The notes below the pieces were generated by a model. That model worked only from the letters and a program-made list of their open reading frames with translations, was not told where the DNA came from and did not search any database. Shown here piece by piece: positions 1 through 13,050 of a stretch of DNA of 64,000 nt (the stretch's first letter is position 1; every line of letters starts with the position of its first letter). The position numbers and the translations under genes are program-made. The DNA is from Prorocentrum cordatum (taxonomy: Eukaryota): assembly GCA_963575745.1 (NCBI GenBank), contig CAUYUJ010000002.1, positions 2,232,001-2,296,000 on the forward strand, given 5' to 3'.

Positions 1-228
1 AAGGAGACCTTGATGAATTCAGGTGCTCTCTGTCCCAAGGACAGGTTGTCGGACACAGGTTCGACCATAGTTATTCTCACTGTTTCTAGAAGTTGCTGAA
101 CCTACAAGAAAGTTTGGGGCATGTGAATGCCATCCAGATTTTAATCCCTAGGTTCAGCGTTTGGAGAGTCCGACCGTTTCGCGTTCTGGCTCAAGGGAAA
201 AACATCCCAGGGGCGATCTGCTGCCACA

Positions 229-941
229 GGTGGGGGAACCGCATGTGGACACCCCCTCCGGGGCCTTCGGTGGAGCTCCCTCTGGGGCTACGAAACGCTG
301 CCCTGGGTGGGGGAACCGCATGCGGACACCCCCACTGGGGCCTTCGGTGGAGCTCCCTCTGGGGCTACGAAACGCTGCCCTGGGTGGGGGAACCGCATGT
401 GGACACCCCCACTGGGGGTGGGGCGAAACGCTGCCCTGGGTGGGGGAACCGCATGTGGACACCCCCACTGGGGCCTTCGGTGGAGCTCCCTATGGGGCCA
501 CGAAACGCTGCCCTGGGTGGGGGAACCGCATGTGGACACCCCCACTGGGGCCTTCGGTGGAGCTCCCTATGGGGCACGAAACGCTGCCCTGGGTGGGGGA
601 ACCGCATGTGGACACCCCCACTGGGGCCTTCGGTGGAGCTCCCTATGGGGCTACGAAACGCTGCCCTGGGTGGGGGAACCGCATGTGGACACCCCCACTG
701 GGGCCTTCGGTGGAGCTCCCTATGGGGCCACGAAACGCTGCCCTGGGTGGGGGAACCGCATGTGGACACCCCCACTGGGGCCTTCGGTGGAGCTCCATAT
801 GGGGCTACGAAACGCGTGAGAGGTGTGCCGAGAGCAGAGGCAAGGAGGGGGAGGAGGGAGGAGGGGGAGGAGGAAGGAGAGGAACGCGGGGCACCGTCTC
901 TTCAAAACGAGGACCCAACACCACAGGATGGTTGGGAAAAA
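229..941 (-). mobile_element. Partial satellite-bearing non-autonomous element, family 1 (77-bp tandem array 229-815 plus one terminus)
   Basis: TGGGGGAACC recurs at 231, 308, 385, 441, 518, 594, 671, 748; 877-941 is the reverse complement of the terminus at ~62470-62535. Confidence 0.8.
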
Positions 942-1061
942 ACACGAGACGACGTGCACGCGCGCGTTGTCGCGCGCGCGTGCGGGAATCCCTCTAAGCC
1001 TTAATTCGGCTTCGCTTGGATTTGAAAAGAACCGAGCCCCCCGACACACACACACACACAA

Positions 1062-1105
<44 letters not shown>

Positions 1106-1130
1106 GCATACATACATATAAATATATACA

Positions 1131-1596
1131 AATGATACCGGAGAAAACCCCAATCAGATTTTTGTTTGGGCTATAGGGCTATACGGCTATCGGGCTATAG
1201 GGCTATCGGGCTATAGGGCTATAGGACTGTGACCTATGGGGCTATGGGGCTATAGAGCTATATGGGCTATTGGGCTATAGGGATATAAGGCTATTAGGGC
1301 TATAGGGATATAAGGCTATAGGGCTACAGGGCTATACGGCTACACGGCTATACGGCTACTGGGCTATCGGCATCCCCGGGCACCCCTGGGCACCCCCGGG
1401 CACCCGGGCACCCCCTGGCACCCGGGCACCCCCGGGCACCCGGGCACCCGGGCACCCGGGCCCGGCCACCGAAATCGGCCACCCGGGCACCCCTGGGCAC
1501 CCGGGCACCCGGCCCCAGCCACCGAAATCGGCCGCCCACCTCACTTCAGGTTTATATACGCTAGGATCCCTACAGAAGCAAGCTCTGATGGGGGAA
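1131..1596 (-). mobile_element. GGGCTATA/GGGCACCC composite non-autonomous element, family 2
   Basis: ATGATACC start, CCCCAATCAGA (1148-1158) inverted to TCTGATGGGGG (1584-1594), internal 8-bp arrays; same layout at 7451 and 29896. Confidence 0.75.
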
Positions 1597-1659
1597 CATA
1601 TATAGATAAGCACATGGTTAGGTGAGGAGTTCAAACGCGAGTGCCCCGAAAAGTAAGTT

Positions 1660-4600
1660 AAATTGAAAGCAAATTGGTTTTGCAACATCAGTTTTCAAGG
1701 ATGCCTGCGCTCGCGCTTTTGCCAATTCTTATGAAAGCCATTCCGGTTCTCAGTATGTTCGTCCAAGTCGGCCAAACGGGTCGAAACCATTCAAACGCTC
1801 CTGCGCGCGCTGGGGGGGTGGGGGGGCACGATCCGCGTCAAATACAAACACGCGGGTCACTCTCGCGCGCCTGTCGCGCGCGCATGTCGAACATGTTCCA
1901 AAACGTGCATCGCCAACGCGAAGACTCCGTCATCGGCCGTCGTCGGCGCGATCAGCATCGGCACCGTCACTGGCCATGCCGTTATCGTTGTCATCGTCGC
2001 CACCAGCATCACTACCATCATGATTGCGTCTATCGCCGTCAACGCCGCTACGATACCGCGCCCGCCCAGGTCGCCGAATTGCATTGAAGTCCCCGATGGG
2101 AAGACCCCGGCGGCCGGCGAAGCCGCGGCCGCGTCGTTCGCGCCAAACTAGCCGACCGCCTGCCGCGCGCGAGCATGCGCGGGCTGTCGCGGCCACAGAA
2201 ATTCACTTATCAACGCCAAGCACTCGTCGCAATCGCCGCCGCGCGGGTTTTGAAAACCAAGCTGCGGGCGGGCGGGTGGGGCGACTGCGCGGAGAATGGA
2301 CTTGGCGACTCACTGCGATCAGAAATAAATTAGCCCATCTACAAAGAAAATAGATTGTATCCCCCTCCCAGGACTATCGCCCCCATTTTCGCAGTTCAAT
2401 TTACATGCGATTCTGCCCCTTCGCCCATCCGAAATCTGAGTCCATACCATCCCAGCCCAGAGGGCATCGACCCCCCCGCCACCCACTGCCAAAAAATGTC
2501 TTACGCTCGCACTCCTCTTATCAAAGATCATCCGTCCCCAAGAACATATTTGCCAAAAAAACCGAGACGATGCGCGCGCGCATCGTCGCGCGCGCGTGCC
2601 GAAATCTAGCAAAACCTTCGGTTTCGCCGGGGTCTCAAAATCGAGTGCCCACGAACATTTTTCCCAGATGCACGTCGAAAGCCTCCGCAGACAATGCGGG
2701 CGAAGTGCGCGCGCATCGTCGCGCGCGCGTGCCGACATCCGTCAAATGCCTTCGGCTTCGCAACGGTTTCAAAGCTGAACGCTAAAACAACGCATAGGTA
2801 CATGCGGTTTCGCACGCCCGTTTTCATAGAATTTCGCGAAACGGGCGCCACGCCAAAATCACTCGCACGCCCTTGCGCGCGCGCGGGGGGGGGGGGGGGG
2901 GGCGCAATGCGCGTCGAATCGTTTCACGCGGGCCACTCGCGCGCGTCGGCCGCGCGCGCGCGTCGAACATTCTCCGCCTTCATCGCCGACGCGAGGGCGT
3001 TGTCATCGTCGCCGGCGCGATCAGCATCCGCGCCGCCACTGGCCGCGCCGTCGTCGCGGCCAGCACCGTCGCTTGCGTCGCTACTATCACCACCGCGTCT
3101 ATTGTTGTCGACGTTGCCATGATACCGCGCCCACCCAAGTCGCCGACTCGCATTGAAGTGCCCGCTGCGATGTGTCCAGCGGTCAGCGCCGCCGCGGCTG
3201 CGTCGGTCGCGCCAAAGCAGCTAACCGCCGCGCGCGCACACGCGCGGGCTGTCGCGGCCGCGGAGATGCGCCAGCGCCATGCGCTCATCGCAATCGCCGC
3301 CCCAGGGGGCCCACAAAACAAGTTGCGGGTGGGCGGGCGGGGCGTTTGCGCGAGCAGCGGAGTGGACAATTGTAAGTTGAGCATTGGATTGCACAACATA
3401 GTCCTTTCTAAAAACGGCATGGCCCCCCCCCAGGACTGACCGGGGTCCTTTGTCGAATTTCAATGCACATATGATTCTGCCCCATCGCCCATCTTAAATA
3501 CGAGCTCGCACCGTTCCAGGCAGCCGGCCCCCCCCATCCCTTGCCGCAAAAAGATCGCGCGCACGCGCGTTTATCAAAAGTCACCCCGCAAAAAACGAGG
3601 CGAAGCGCGCGCGCGCGATTGCGCGCGCGCGCCGCAATCGCTCAAGAAAATTAAGCTTGATTCGGAGTTCCAAATCGAGCGCTTCGAAAACGCGTCGAGG
3701 CATTTGATTTCGCGAGATTGCGCTCGCGTTCTTGCGAATTCTGAAGACACGCTACCAAGCGCGCCTCGCGCGCGCGCGAGAATCGCTCAAACACCCGCGC
3801 GCGCGCGTCTTCGCGAGAATTCTCTGCAAGAAACAGCGCGGAAGGCGCGCGCGCCGTCAGCGCGCGAATGCCCAAATCATTCAGAAGTCGCAGGCTTCGC
3901 CAAGATGTCAAAATCGATCGCCCCGAAAACATCCCCTTACATCAGTAGATGGTTGCGCAAAAGGAGTCTCATCATAAAAACGCGCTTGCGCTCTTGTGAA
4001 TTCTGAAGAAAAACAATGGGCTTCTCAACGTGTTCACCAAATGCTACTAGACGTGCCTTTCGCGCGCGCAAGTCGAAATCGCTCGAGCGCCCGCGCGCGC
4101 GCTGTCGCGAGAAACCATCGCAGGAAAACAAACAATACGCACGCGCTCGCGTGGTCGCGCGCATGTCGAAATCATCCCAAACCTTAGGCATCCTAAGATG
4201 ATCAAAACCGACCACCCCGAAAACATATGAAAACGTATAGTTTTGCAACATCCGTTTTCAAATAAGCTCGCGCTCGCGTTTGCGCGAATTGCACAGAAAA
4301 CACGGGCGTTCCACGCTGTCATCGCATTGGGCGATGGGCTAAACGGGCCTCTCGCGCCGCGCGTCGAGAGCACGCGAACGCCCCTGCGCACGCGGGGGGG
4401 GGGGGGGGGCGCGGCCCCTGCCGAACAATATCGCGCGGGCTACTCGCGCGCGTCGGCCGCGCGCGCATGCCGAACTCCGCCCGACCGTTGTCGTCGTTGT
4501 CATCATTGCCACCGTCATCGCGGCTTCCAGCGTCACGTCTACCGCCGTCGACGCGGCGGCGACACCGCGCCCGCCCAAGTCGCGGACTCGCACTGAAGTG

Positions 4601-5915
4601 CCCGCTGGGAAGAGCCCAGCGGTCAGCGCCACCGCGGCCGCGCTGGTTGCGCCAGGCTAGCTGGCCGCTCTGCGCGCGAGCGCGCGCGCTTGCGCGGCCG
4701 AGCAGTCATCGCAATTGCCGCAGCATGGGCTTTGCAGACCAAGTCGCGGACGGGCAGGCGGGATGACTGCGCGAGCAGGAGGGCTCGCAATTTCAAGTTC
4801 GGCAGGGCGATCTGCACTGCATAGACTGCACAACATGGCTTGCACAAAATTGGTTGCACGGCATATAGTGATTCATACTGGTTGCGCCACATAGAGCCCA
4901 ACACATAGATTGCGCCAAATCGGTTGTATAACACCCCTTGGTTCACCTAGACTGCACCGAAGAAGTTATCATGGCAAATGTTTTGCAAGAGGAACCTCCA
5001 AACAAAGGCATGTGCGCCCGCGCCCCCGTGAATTCTGAAGAAGACCACGGGCTTCTCAACATGTTCGTCCAAACGTGTCGCTCGCGCGCATGTCGACGTC
5101 GTTCGAACATCCTCGCGCGAGTGCCGTGGCAAGAACCTTGCAAAATGAAGCAACGGACGCGCGCGCCCGTCGGCGCGTGCGTGCCAAAAATTATTTAAAG
5201 ATTTGCTTCGACGTCGCAAGGAAGTCAAAACCGAGTGCCCCGACAAAAAAAGTGCATGTAAACAACGGTTTTGCAACGTCAGTTGTCCAAAACATGCGTT
5301 TTCGCTCTTGCAAATTCTCATGATAATCATCGGCTTTCTAACATGTTCAACACATTCGACCAAATGGGCCTCTTTCGCCGCACGTTGGAATTATTCGAAC
5401 GCCCCTGCGCGCTTGGTTTTTCGGGGGGCGCGATGCCACGCGGGCCACGCACGCGCGTCAGCCGCGCGCGCATGCCAAACTCGCGAAAACCTTCATCACC
5501 GACGCGAGGACGCCGTCATCGTCGCCGGCGCAATCGGCATCGGCGCCGTCGCTGGCCGCGCCGTCGTCGCCGAAACCCGTCATCGTAACAAGCATCGCTA
5601 CCATCATCATCGCGCCTACCGTTGTCGACGTTGCCATGATACCGCGCCCGCCCAGTCGCCGACCCCCACTGAAGTGCCCGCTGGGAAGTGCCCAGCGGTC
5701 AGCGCCGCCGCTCCCGCGTCAGTCGCGCCAAAGTAGCTGACCGCTTTGAGCGCGAGCATGCGCGCCAGCGCGGCCGCGGCGACGCGCCAGCAAGCGCCGA
5801 GCAGTCATCGCAATCGCCGCCGCAAGGGTTTTGTAAACCAAGTTGCTGGCGGGTGGGTGGGATGCTTGCGATCAGTGGAGTTGGCAATTTCAAGTTCGGC
5901 ATTGCGAATTGCGCC
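1660..5915. repeat. Diverged ~1.1-1.4-kb GCGC-rich tandem repeat (about 4 units)
   Basis: GATACCGCGCCCGCCCA..GTCGCCGA..CA(T/C)TGAAGT block recurs at ~2052, 3121, 4561, 5638. Confidence 0.75.
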
Positions 5916-6250
5916 AGGTACATTGCACAATGTGGATCACACAACAAAGTCTGATAGCCCCCAAGTAGATTGCACAACAAGGTTGCACCGCACAGGCTGC
6001 AGCGCATACATTGCACCACATAGGATGCACAACATAGATTGCACCACATTGGTTGCACGATTTAGATTGTGCTACATAGATTGCACCACGTTAATTGCAC
6101 AACGCGTATTGTACAACATAGGCCGCACCACACATAGTGCACAACATAGATTGCACCACATTGGTTGCACAATACATTTTGCGCCACATAGGTTGCAAAA
6201 CATTGATCGCCCCACGCAGACTGCACAACTTCTATGGTTCGAACCGCATT
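5915..6250. repeat. Degenerate GATTGCACCACATA-type minisatellite
   Basis: Repeated TTGCAC(A/C)ACA units; related tracts at 4815-4960 and 39820-39960. Confidence 0.7.
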
Positions 6251-6799
6251 GCTTGTGACCGACGCTGGCTAGCAGCATTTCGCGTTCCCACGGCCGCGGG
6301 AACGGGGCCGTCGGCGTGGCCGGATTAAAAATTTGTCCGTTTCGGTTTGGGGTGAATTGGTATGTGTAAGGGTTGTTGTTTGTGATGTTGATGGTTGTTT
6401 CGGTGGTTTTGAGGGAGCATGTTTCGGCCTACGAAGCACGTGCGCGCGCGTTCAGGGTATCCCTGTATAGTCGGCGATGCGCAGTTTTGGCGGCAAAGTC
6501 GATCGAAATTTTGCCGAATGCACCCCGCTAGATACCCAACGCAGCAAAGCAGGTGGAGCGATCTGGAACGATCGTCACTGCAGCTGTCGCAGGTCGCGTT
6601 TGCGACGCGTTCGGGTGAAAACGTCAAGTGCCATTTCGATTGGCACTCCAGGATTGCTACATAAGTGAATGAAGCAAGTAAGTGTGAATTCAGGTTTGTA
6701 CAGGTCGCCACTTCCAAGCTTGTACAGGTGCGAGTGGAGTGAATCATTTCTGGCATCGCTCCATGATCACATCGTCTGCTGTCGTTCACTTTGTTCTCC

Positions 6800-7276
6800 T
6801 TACTCTCTCTCTCTCTCTCTCTTTCGCTCTGTCTCTTTATCTTGTTTCATCGCTCTCTCTCTCTCTCTCGCTCTCTCTCTCTCTTTCTCGTTCTCCCTCT
6901 CTCTCATTATCCCTCTCTCTCTCTCTTTCTTTGACGCTCTCTCTCTCTCTGGTTACATATACATATATACACGTGTCGCTGTTTCTTTTTAATTCTTTAT
7001 ATATATATATATATATACAGATGTGTAAGACGATATTTCTCTCGTGCTCTCTATATTTCTCTCTCTCTCTGTATCTCTCTCTCTCTGTCACACTCTCTCT
7101 TTCTCTATCTATATATAAAGTATACCAACATGTCTACATGCACAGAAGTATACATAGTTGGTCCCACCTAAGATCATGCATACCACTGCCTCTGTTGAGT
7201 ATTACACTACGTTCCCCCATATTCGAGTATAGCTTCCCTTATCTTATACTATGTGTTTCTCTGTCTCCCTTTCTCT

Positions 7277-7325
<49 letters not shown>

Positions 7326-7450
7326 CCCACCTCCCTCTCTCTGGTTCTCGCTCTCTCTCTCTCTCTGGCTCTCTCGCGCTCTCTCTCTCTCTCTATCACT
7401 CTTTCTCTTTCTTTCTCTCTCTCTCTCGATATATATATATATACATACAT
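6800..7450. repeat. (CT)n/(TA)n compound microsatellite
   Basis: Direct reading. Confidence 0.9.
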
Positions 7451-7818
7451 ATGATACCAGATAAAAAGCCCAATCACAATATTTTGAGGACTGTAGGGCT
7501 CTAGGGCTATGGGGCTATAGGCCTCTGGGGCTATAGGGCTATCAGGCTATAGGGCTATAGAGCTATCAGGCTATAGGGCTAGTGGGCTAGGAGGCTATTG
7601 GGCTATAGGGCTATTGGGCTATTGGGGCTATAGGGCTATAGGTATATAGGTAGGGCTATAAGGCTATAAGGATATAGGGTTATAGGGCTACCGGGCACCC
7701 GGGCACCCAGGCACCCGGGCACCCAGGCACCCGGACGTGCCGCCGAAATCGACGCCGTACCTCACCTAACAATATGAATCCGCTAGGACCTCGACAGGGG
7801 CAAGCTCTGATTGGGGAA
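7451..7818 (-). mobile_element. Family 2 element copy
   Basis: ATGATACC, GCCCAATCACA (7468-7478), GGGCTATA array, GGGCACCC array, TCTGATTGGGGAA (7806-7818). Confidence 0.75.
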
Positions 7819-7881
7819 CATGTATATATGTATTGCTCTCAGTCTCGTTCCCTTCTCTGCTTATCATTATCCTTCTCCTCA

Positions 7882-7913
<32 letters not shown>

Positions 7914-9384
7914 GCCCCTCCTAATATTCCTCCTCCTCTCGCCTCCCCTGAGTGGTTTTCTTATTGTTTCTCCTCCATCCTGGGAGGCTGAAGTAGTTTT
8001 GATTTTGTTTCTGGTGAAGGGCAGGTTGTGTCCTATGTTGCATGTGCTTCCTGCGTATCTACCCTTTCGTTCCCGCAGCGCCCGCCCCCCCCCCAGGACG
8101 AGACCATCGAAAAACAACGATAAAAACACGAATTGTCTTACAACAACATGTTTTGTACAGGAACTATGAATTAACCTCAGCCTCCGAGGGCGGGGAGAGC
8201 AAACAAAACTGAAAATGCATTCTCCCTCCTCCAGATTACAAAGAAGTCATAGTCGTGGTGGCTCCCCGAAGGGATTCCTTCTGTGGCGGATAAAACTATA
8301 TGTGTCAGTTTACAAGGATTCCGTCTGTGGGTTCACCCACGATTCTCCTTCCTTCTCCTTCTCCCCCTCCTCCTCTTCCTCCTCTTCCTCCTCATCCTCG
8401 TCCTACTCCTCTCGCCTCCTTAAGTTTTTCCATAGAGGGCGTATATGTCGTTTGACCGCCCTCGCAGATGAAATTTGTGTCGTTATGTGCTCCTGTGCAG
8501 GCCAGGCTGGTCGTTCTGTTTCATGTTGTCTTGGTTGTTCCGCCCGTACGATCCCGCTGCGCCGGCCCCCCCCGCCTCAGGACGAGACCACGGAAAACAT
8601 AGAAAGGTAAAAACGTTGCCTTGCACGGGAAGTAACAATAACAAACTCACCCCCCCGAGGGTGGGAGATTGGACGTTGCCTTGAGCGTTGAAATTGCCCG
8701 TCGCCCAGAATTTGAATCTTGGACAATTTCTTTCATGGCTCACAGTTCTATACATCCCGTTCCGAGTTCGCGGGTCGATCATGTCTCGTCGGCATGACGT
8801 CTTTCGTCGGCCTTGACCTTTCATTTCGGCTCCTCTGAAGTGGGTGAAACCCAAGGACGCGGTGCCACTTGACGGGCGTGCAGAGCTGCGTAACCAGGGC
8901 ATCGCAGGATAGCCCGCTTTGTGAGTAGGAGTTTGATGAGTTGGAGGAAGAAGTTGCGAGGAGAAAGCAGGTGAGGCGGCGGGAGGCAGGGCGGGGAGGG
9001 GACTGTAGAGAAGGACATGGCAGGGAAGGGGCGGGAAAGGAGCAGAGGGGAAGGCCGATAAGGAGAGGGGAGAGGAGCGGGACGAGGAAGGGAGGGAATG
9101 ATTTCGAAGACCTGGAACCGCCAGACACATCCTCCTCTTCCCGTCATGCGCGCCCTCGAACCGCCAGCCATTTCATCCGTCCTTCTCCCCCCTCTTCCAG
9201 GGCCCAGGAGGAAAGGACGGGCCAGGAAGTGGTCTGGGAAGAAACGTGTTCTGCAGTGGTCTCCATCGTTGGGCTTGGCGCACCTCTGCCCGCGCATGTA
9301 CGAGCTGTCTTCCCGGGCACGGGCCCTCACTCTGTCGGGGGCAGATACAGTGTTTGATGAGGGGGCAGAGGAAGAGGGACGAAA

Positions 9385-9690
9385 AGAGAGGAGGAGCACG
9401 AGGAGGAGGAGGAGGAGGACGGGGAGGAGGAGGAGGAGGAGGAGGAGGAGGAGGAGGAGGAGGAGGAGGAGGAGGAGGAGGGGGGGGGGGAGGGGGAGGA
9501 GGAGGACGAGGGGGAGGCGGAGGAGGAGGAGGGAGGACGAATATGTTCCAGGGGGGGGCACGGGGTTCTTGTGGGTCTGAGGGTTTTCCCCTCCCCCTCC
9601 TCCCCCTCCTCCTCTCCCCTCCTCCCCCCTCCTCCTCCTCCTCCTCCTCCTCATCCTCCCCCTCCTCCTCCCCCTCCTCTTCCTCATCGT
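9385..9690. repeat. (GGA)n tract followed by (CCT)n tract
   Basis: Direct reading; complementary tracts about 55 bp apart. Confidence 0.9.
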
Positions 9691-10677
9691 TCCCCTCCTC
9701 ACCATCCTCTCTCTATAATCCCAGTCAGACTGGTGAGGATGACTGGGGGAGGGCGGAAGAGGAAGGGGAGGAAACGCGCGCATGAATGGGGCTCGTTGTT
9801 GCGAGTTGCCTGGCCCAGAGAGCGAGGCGTGCTCCTCGGCGGCTGTCGGCAGCTTCATGGACGCGCTGGCGGCTGCGTGGGAGACGACATCTCTCACCAT
9901 CGCCTAACCCATCCCCATCCTCACTGGGCCATGGTAGCTTAGCCCCACCAGCCAACCCTCTTAGGTGAGAATGGGGCCCGCGAAACCCGAAGTAACAGGC
10001 ATGGGCTTCCACCTAGGACCTAGGTGGGCAAATAGGCCAGTGGGGCTAAGGCCACGCCAGTGGGGATATGGATCGGCTAAACGATGTTCAATCTCTCTTT
10101 TGTGAGTTCGTCGTGGTCGTGCTCGTCCTCTCCCCTCGTCATCGCTGTGCGGACGCAACCATCGCTCGCATGCGTTTGGGCATCGTCGCGCTTCGCGTGG
10201 ATGCGCGTGAACGCGCAATTTGCGTGAGTGCATTGCGCAGGCACCAGTGTGGGAGGGAACTGCATGCACGCTGTTACAGAACTCACGCGCTCTCTGTCAC
10301 AGCTTCGATCTCTTGGCTGCCCAAATCTGGGCCTGGTATTGTTGTGGGAGCAACCGACAAGTGGGTGGGAAGGCATTGTAGGTGGAGACAGTAGGGAGCA
10401 GATGTGAGATCCACTCTTTGAAAGCAATGTCATACTTATTTCCGGAAGGATCCGCTCGAAGCAGGCGGGAGCAGCGATTGCTTGATGATCGAGCCAGGCA
10501 CGTTGAGGCAGGTTGCATTGTTATTGACACCACCACCATCCCGTTGCACACGCATCAGTCTGTCTTGTTGCGCGTCTCTTTCATTGCCGCACTCTGATGT
10601 CCGAGTCCCCTCACGTACGTTTCCCTGCTGTTGTGATGTTTCTCTCCTCCTCCTCCTCCTCCTCCTCCTCCTCCTCC

Positions 10678-10720
<43 letters not shown>

Positions 10721-12438
10721 GACGCTGCGGGCCGCGCGCGGTCTGTGCCGCGTAGCCCCGCGCCGACCGCGCACCCCGCGCGGACGACGCGGCGTGCGCA
10801 CTCGAACGTGTGCGAGCGCACACGCATCACCATCACAGGCCTCTGAAAGCCTCTGAGCCCGAGACAGCTCAAAGGAAGCATCAGGACCCTAGACGGCACT
10901 GGGATCCCCCAACCACCACCTCCATATTGGACGAGGATCTCCGACGCGCAAAATGCCGCGGAGGTGGTGGTGGGGGGGCCACATTCTCGTGCATTAGTGG
11001 CCCCCCCCCAACGGGAGAGAGAAGAGGCACCTAATTAACCAGAGCCCAAAGGGGAAGGGAGGAGGAGGAATCGGAGGGGGGCCCACGCTCTAGACAGAGG
11101 CCAGGCCTGGAAAGGGGGAGGGAGGAGAGGGGCCTCCTGAGCTCATGGAACAAGATGGGGGTCCAGGACGGCGTCATGGGAACACGGGCGCCCGTGCGCC
11201 CAACTGTTAGTGGGGGTCGAGCACCTCTCCCCCCCCCAGGCGGCCGCCGTCGCCTCTCGCCCTTTGCTGAGGAGTAGGCACGCTCACCGCCTGGGGGGGG
11301 GGGCGTCCATGATGATGAGGTGCACCGAGGACTAGCTGCTGGGCTCGACCCACGATACGTCGTCGTATTCGTCGTAGTGCCAGGCCCTGGCGAGCTCGAA
11401 CTCGCTGCCGTACTTGTGCACGGCGTGTTGAACATAACCGAGCTCGCTGTGGGTGGTGGCTTCGTTGTTGATGACCGCTTCGTTGTCGTGGGTGTGTGCG
11501 AAGTCCTTGCTGATGATGTGTCGGTATTCGGCAACTCCATGAATGCTTTCAGGTATGCTTGAGCATGTACATATGGTGCCTGCCACCGCGCAATCATACA
11601 TCAGCACAATATTCGTTCTGATGGTGTGGTTGTAGTCCCGAGCTCGCTGACATGCCATTGGTCGTAAATGTCGAAATTCCCATGGTTGGTGCGTGTCCCG
11701 TATGCAGCTCTGGTCGTATTTGTCGTAGAAATCGATGATGCAGAGAGCTACTTCTCGGCGTCTGATGTGAGCCCGTACCCTCTCTCGATGTGCGCTGTGT
11801 GGTGATGATGATTGTTGCTAGTGTTCGTCACTATTATTCACAGTGCTTGTGCAGGTTAGTGGTGCACTTTGTGTTTGAATTGCAGGAATACTGTACTGAG
11901 TGACGTGCAACATTAGTGGATTGTCCTACTTGGTGTTTACGGTGTATGTACTTGGTGCGCGTTCAGAGCTTGCGTCCTTCGTGTTCTTTATATCTGTATG
12001 TGGACGTCGTGGCACCTGGACTGCGTAAAGCTGTGACGCCTACACGGAGGGGTGTGCTGGGCGGGCGAGGCGGGATGCCCAGGGACCACCCGGATTCTTG
12101 GGGCTGGCGGCCGCCGCGGTATGCAGGACGGGCGAGGCAGGCTGGGAGCCTTTTAGAACAACAACAACGACAACAACAGCAACAACAACAACAAGCATTT
12201 TAAGATGTTTCGCCCTTATTTGCTCGAGTGTATAATAATGCGTATTTCCCAAGCCCTCGATACCCGCCCTCTTCGTCTTCGATCGAAACCCTTTTGGGGG
12301 GTATACTTTTCTTCCCTGCAGGCCGGGCCCCAGCAAGCGGCGGGGCGGCCGCGGACCGTCGGCTTGGCCAGCCGCAGCGCTGATCAGCGGGGCGGCCGCG
12401 GACCGTCGACCCGACCCCAAGAGGGACGGACAGGGGAC

Positions 12439-12439
<1 letters not shown>

Positions 12440-12480
<41 letters not shown>

Positions 12481-13050
12481 CGACGTCGACGTCGACGTCG
12501 ACGACGACGGCGACGACGGCGACGACGACGACGAGCGAAAGCGAGAGCGAGAGAGAACGGCAGCAGGGCCACGAAGGACACGACGCAGGCCACGAAGGGC
12601 GACAGCGGGGACACGAAGGGAATGCGTATGGGGCCACGAAGAGCGCGATCCAGCGGGGGCCACGAAGGGCATATAATGCGGGGCCACAGAAGGCAACGAC
12701 GGGGCCACTGAGGGCAGCAAGTGGGCCACGTAGGACACTGAGGTGGCCACAAACGGCGACAGCGGGGCCACGAAGGGCATGCACATGGGGCCACAACGGG
12801 CGCGAACAAGCGGGGGCCACGAAGGGCATACGTATGTTGGGCCGCGGAGGGCAAGGACGGGGCCACAGAGGGCAGCGAGGGGGCCACGAACGGCTGCAAC
12901 GGGGCCACGAACGGCATGCAGATAGGCCAACCACGGGCGCGAGCGAGCGGGGGCCACGAAGGGCATACATATGGGGCCACGAAGGGCAGCGAGGGGGCCA
13001 CGAAGGGCTGAAACGGGGTCACGAAGGGCAGCGAGGGGGCCACGAAGGGC
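12440..13050. repeat. (GAC)n plus ~21-bp GGGCCACGAAGGGCAGCGAGG minisatellite
   Basis: GGGCCACGAAGGGC core repeated many times 12565-13050. Confidence 0.85.

Noticed and set aside
184..195. Partial spliced-leader-like TTCTGGCTCAAG
   Set aside because: Only 12 nt with a mismatch and followed by satellite, not a gene
229..815. CRISPR-like regular repeats (also 51385-52025, 52330-53830, 62590-63840)
   Set aside because: Inter-repeat sequences are homologous, not unique spacers; no cas genes; eukaryotic context
1167..1370. GGGCTATA arrays as telomeric repeat
   Set aside because: Differs from TTTAGGG and is internal to a dispersed element
11332..11760. Coding-like minus-strand stretch
   Set aside because: Codon-like bias but no recognisable motif or gene boundaries
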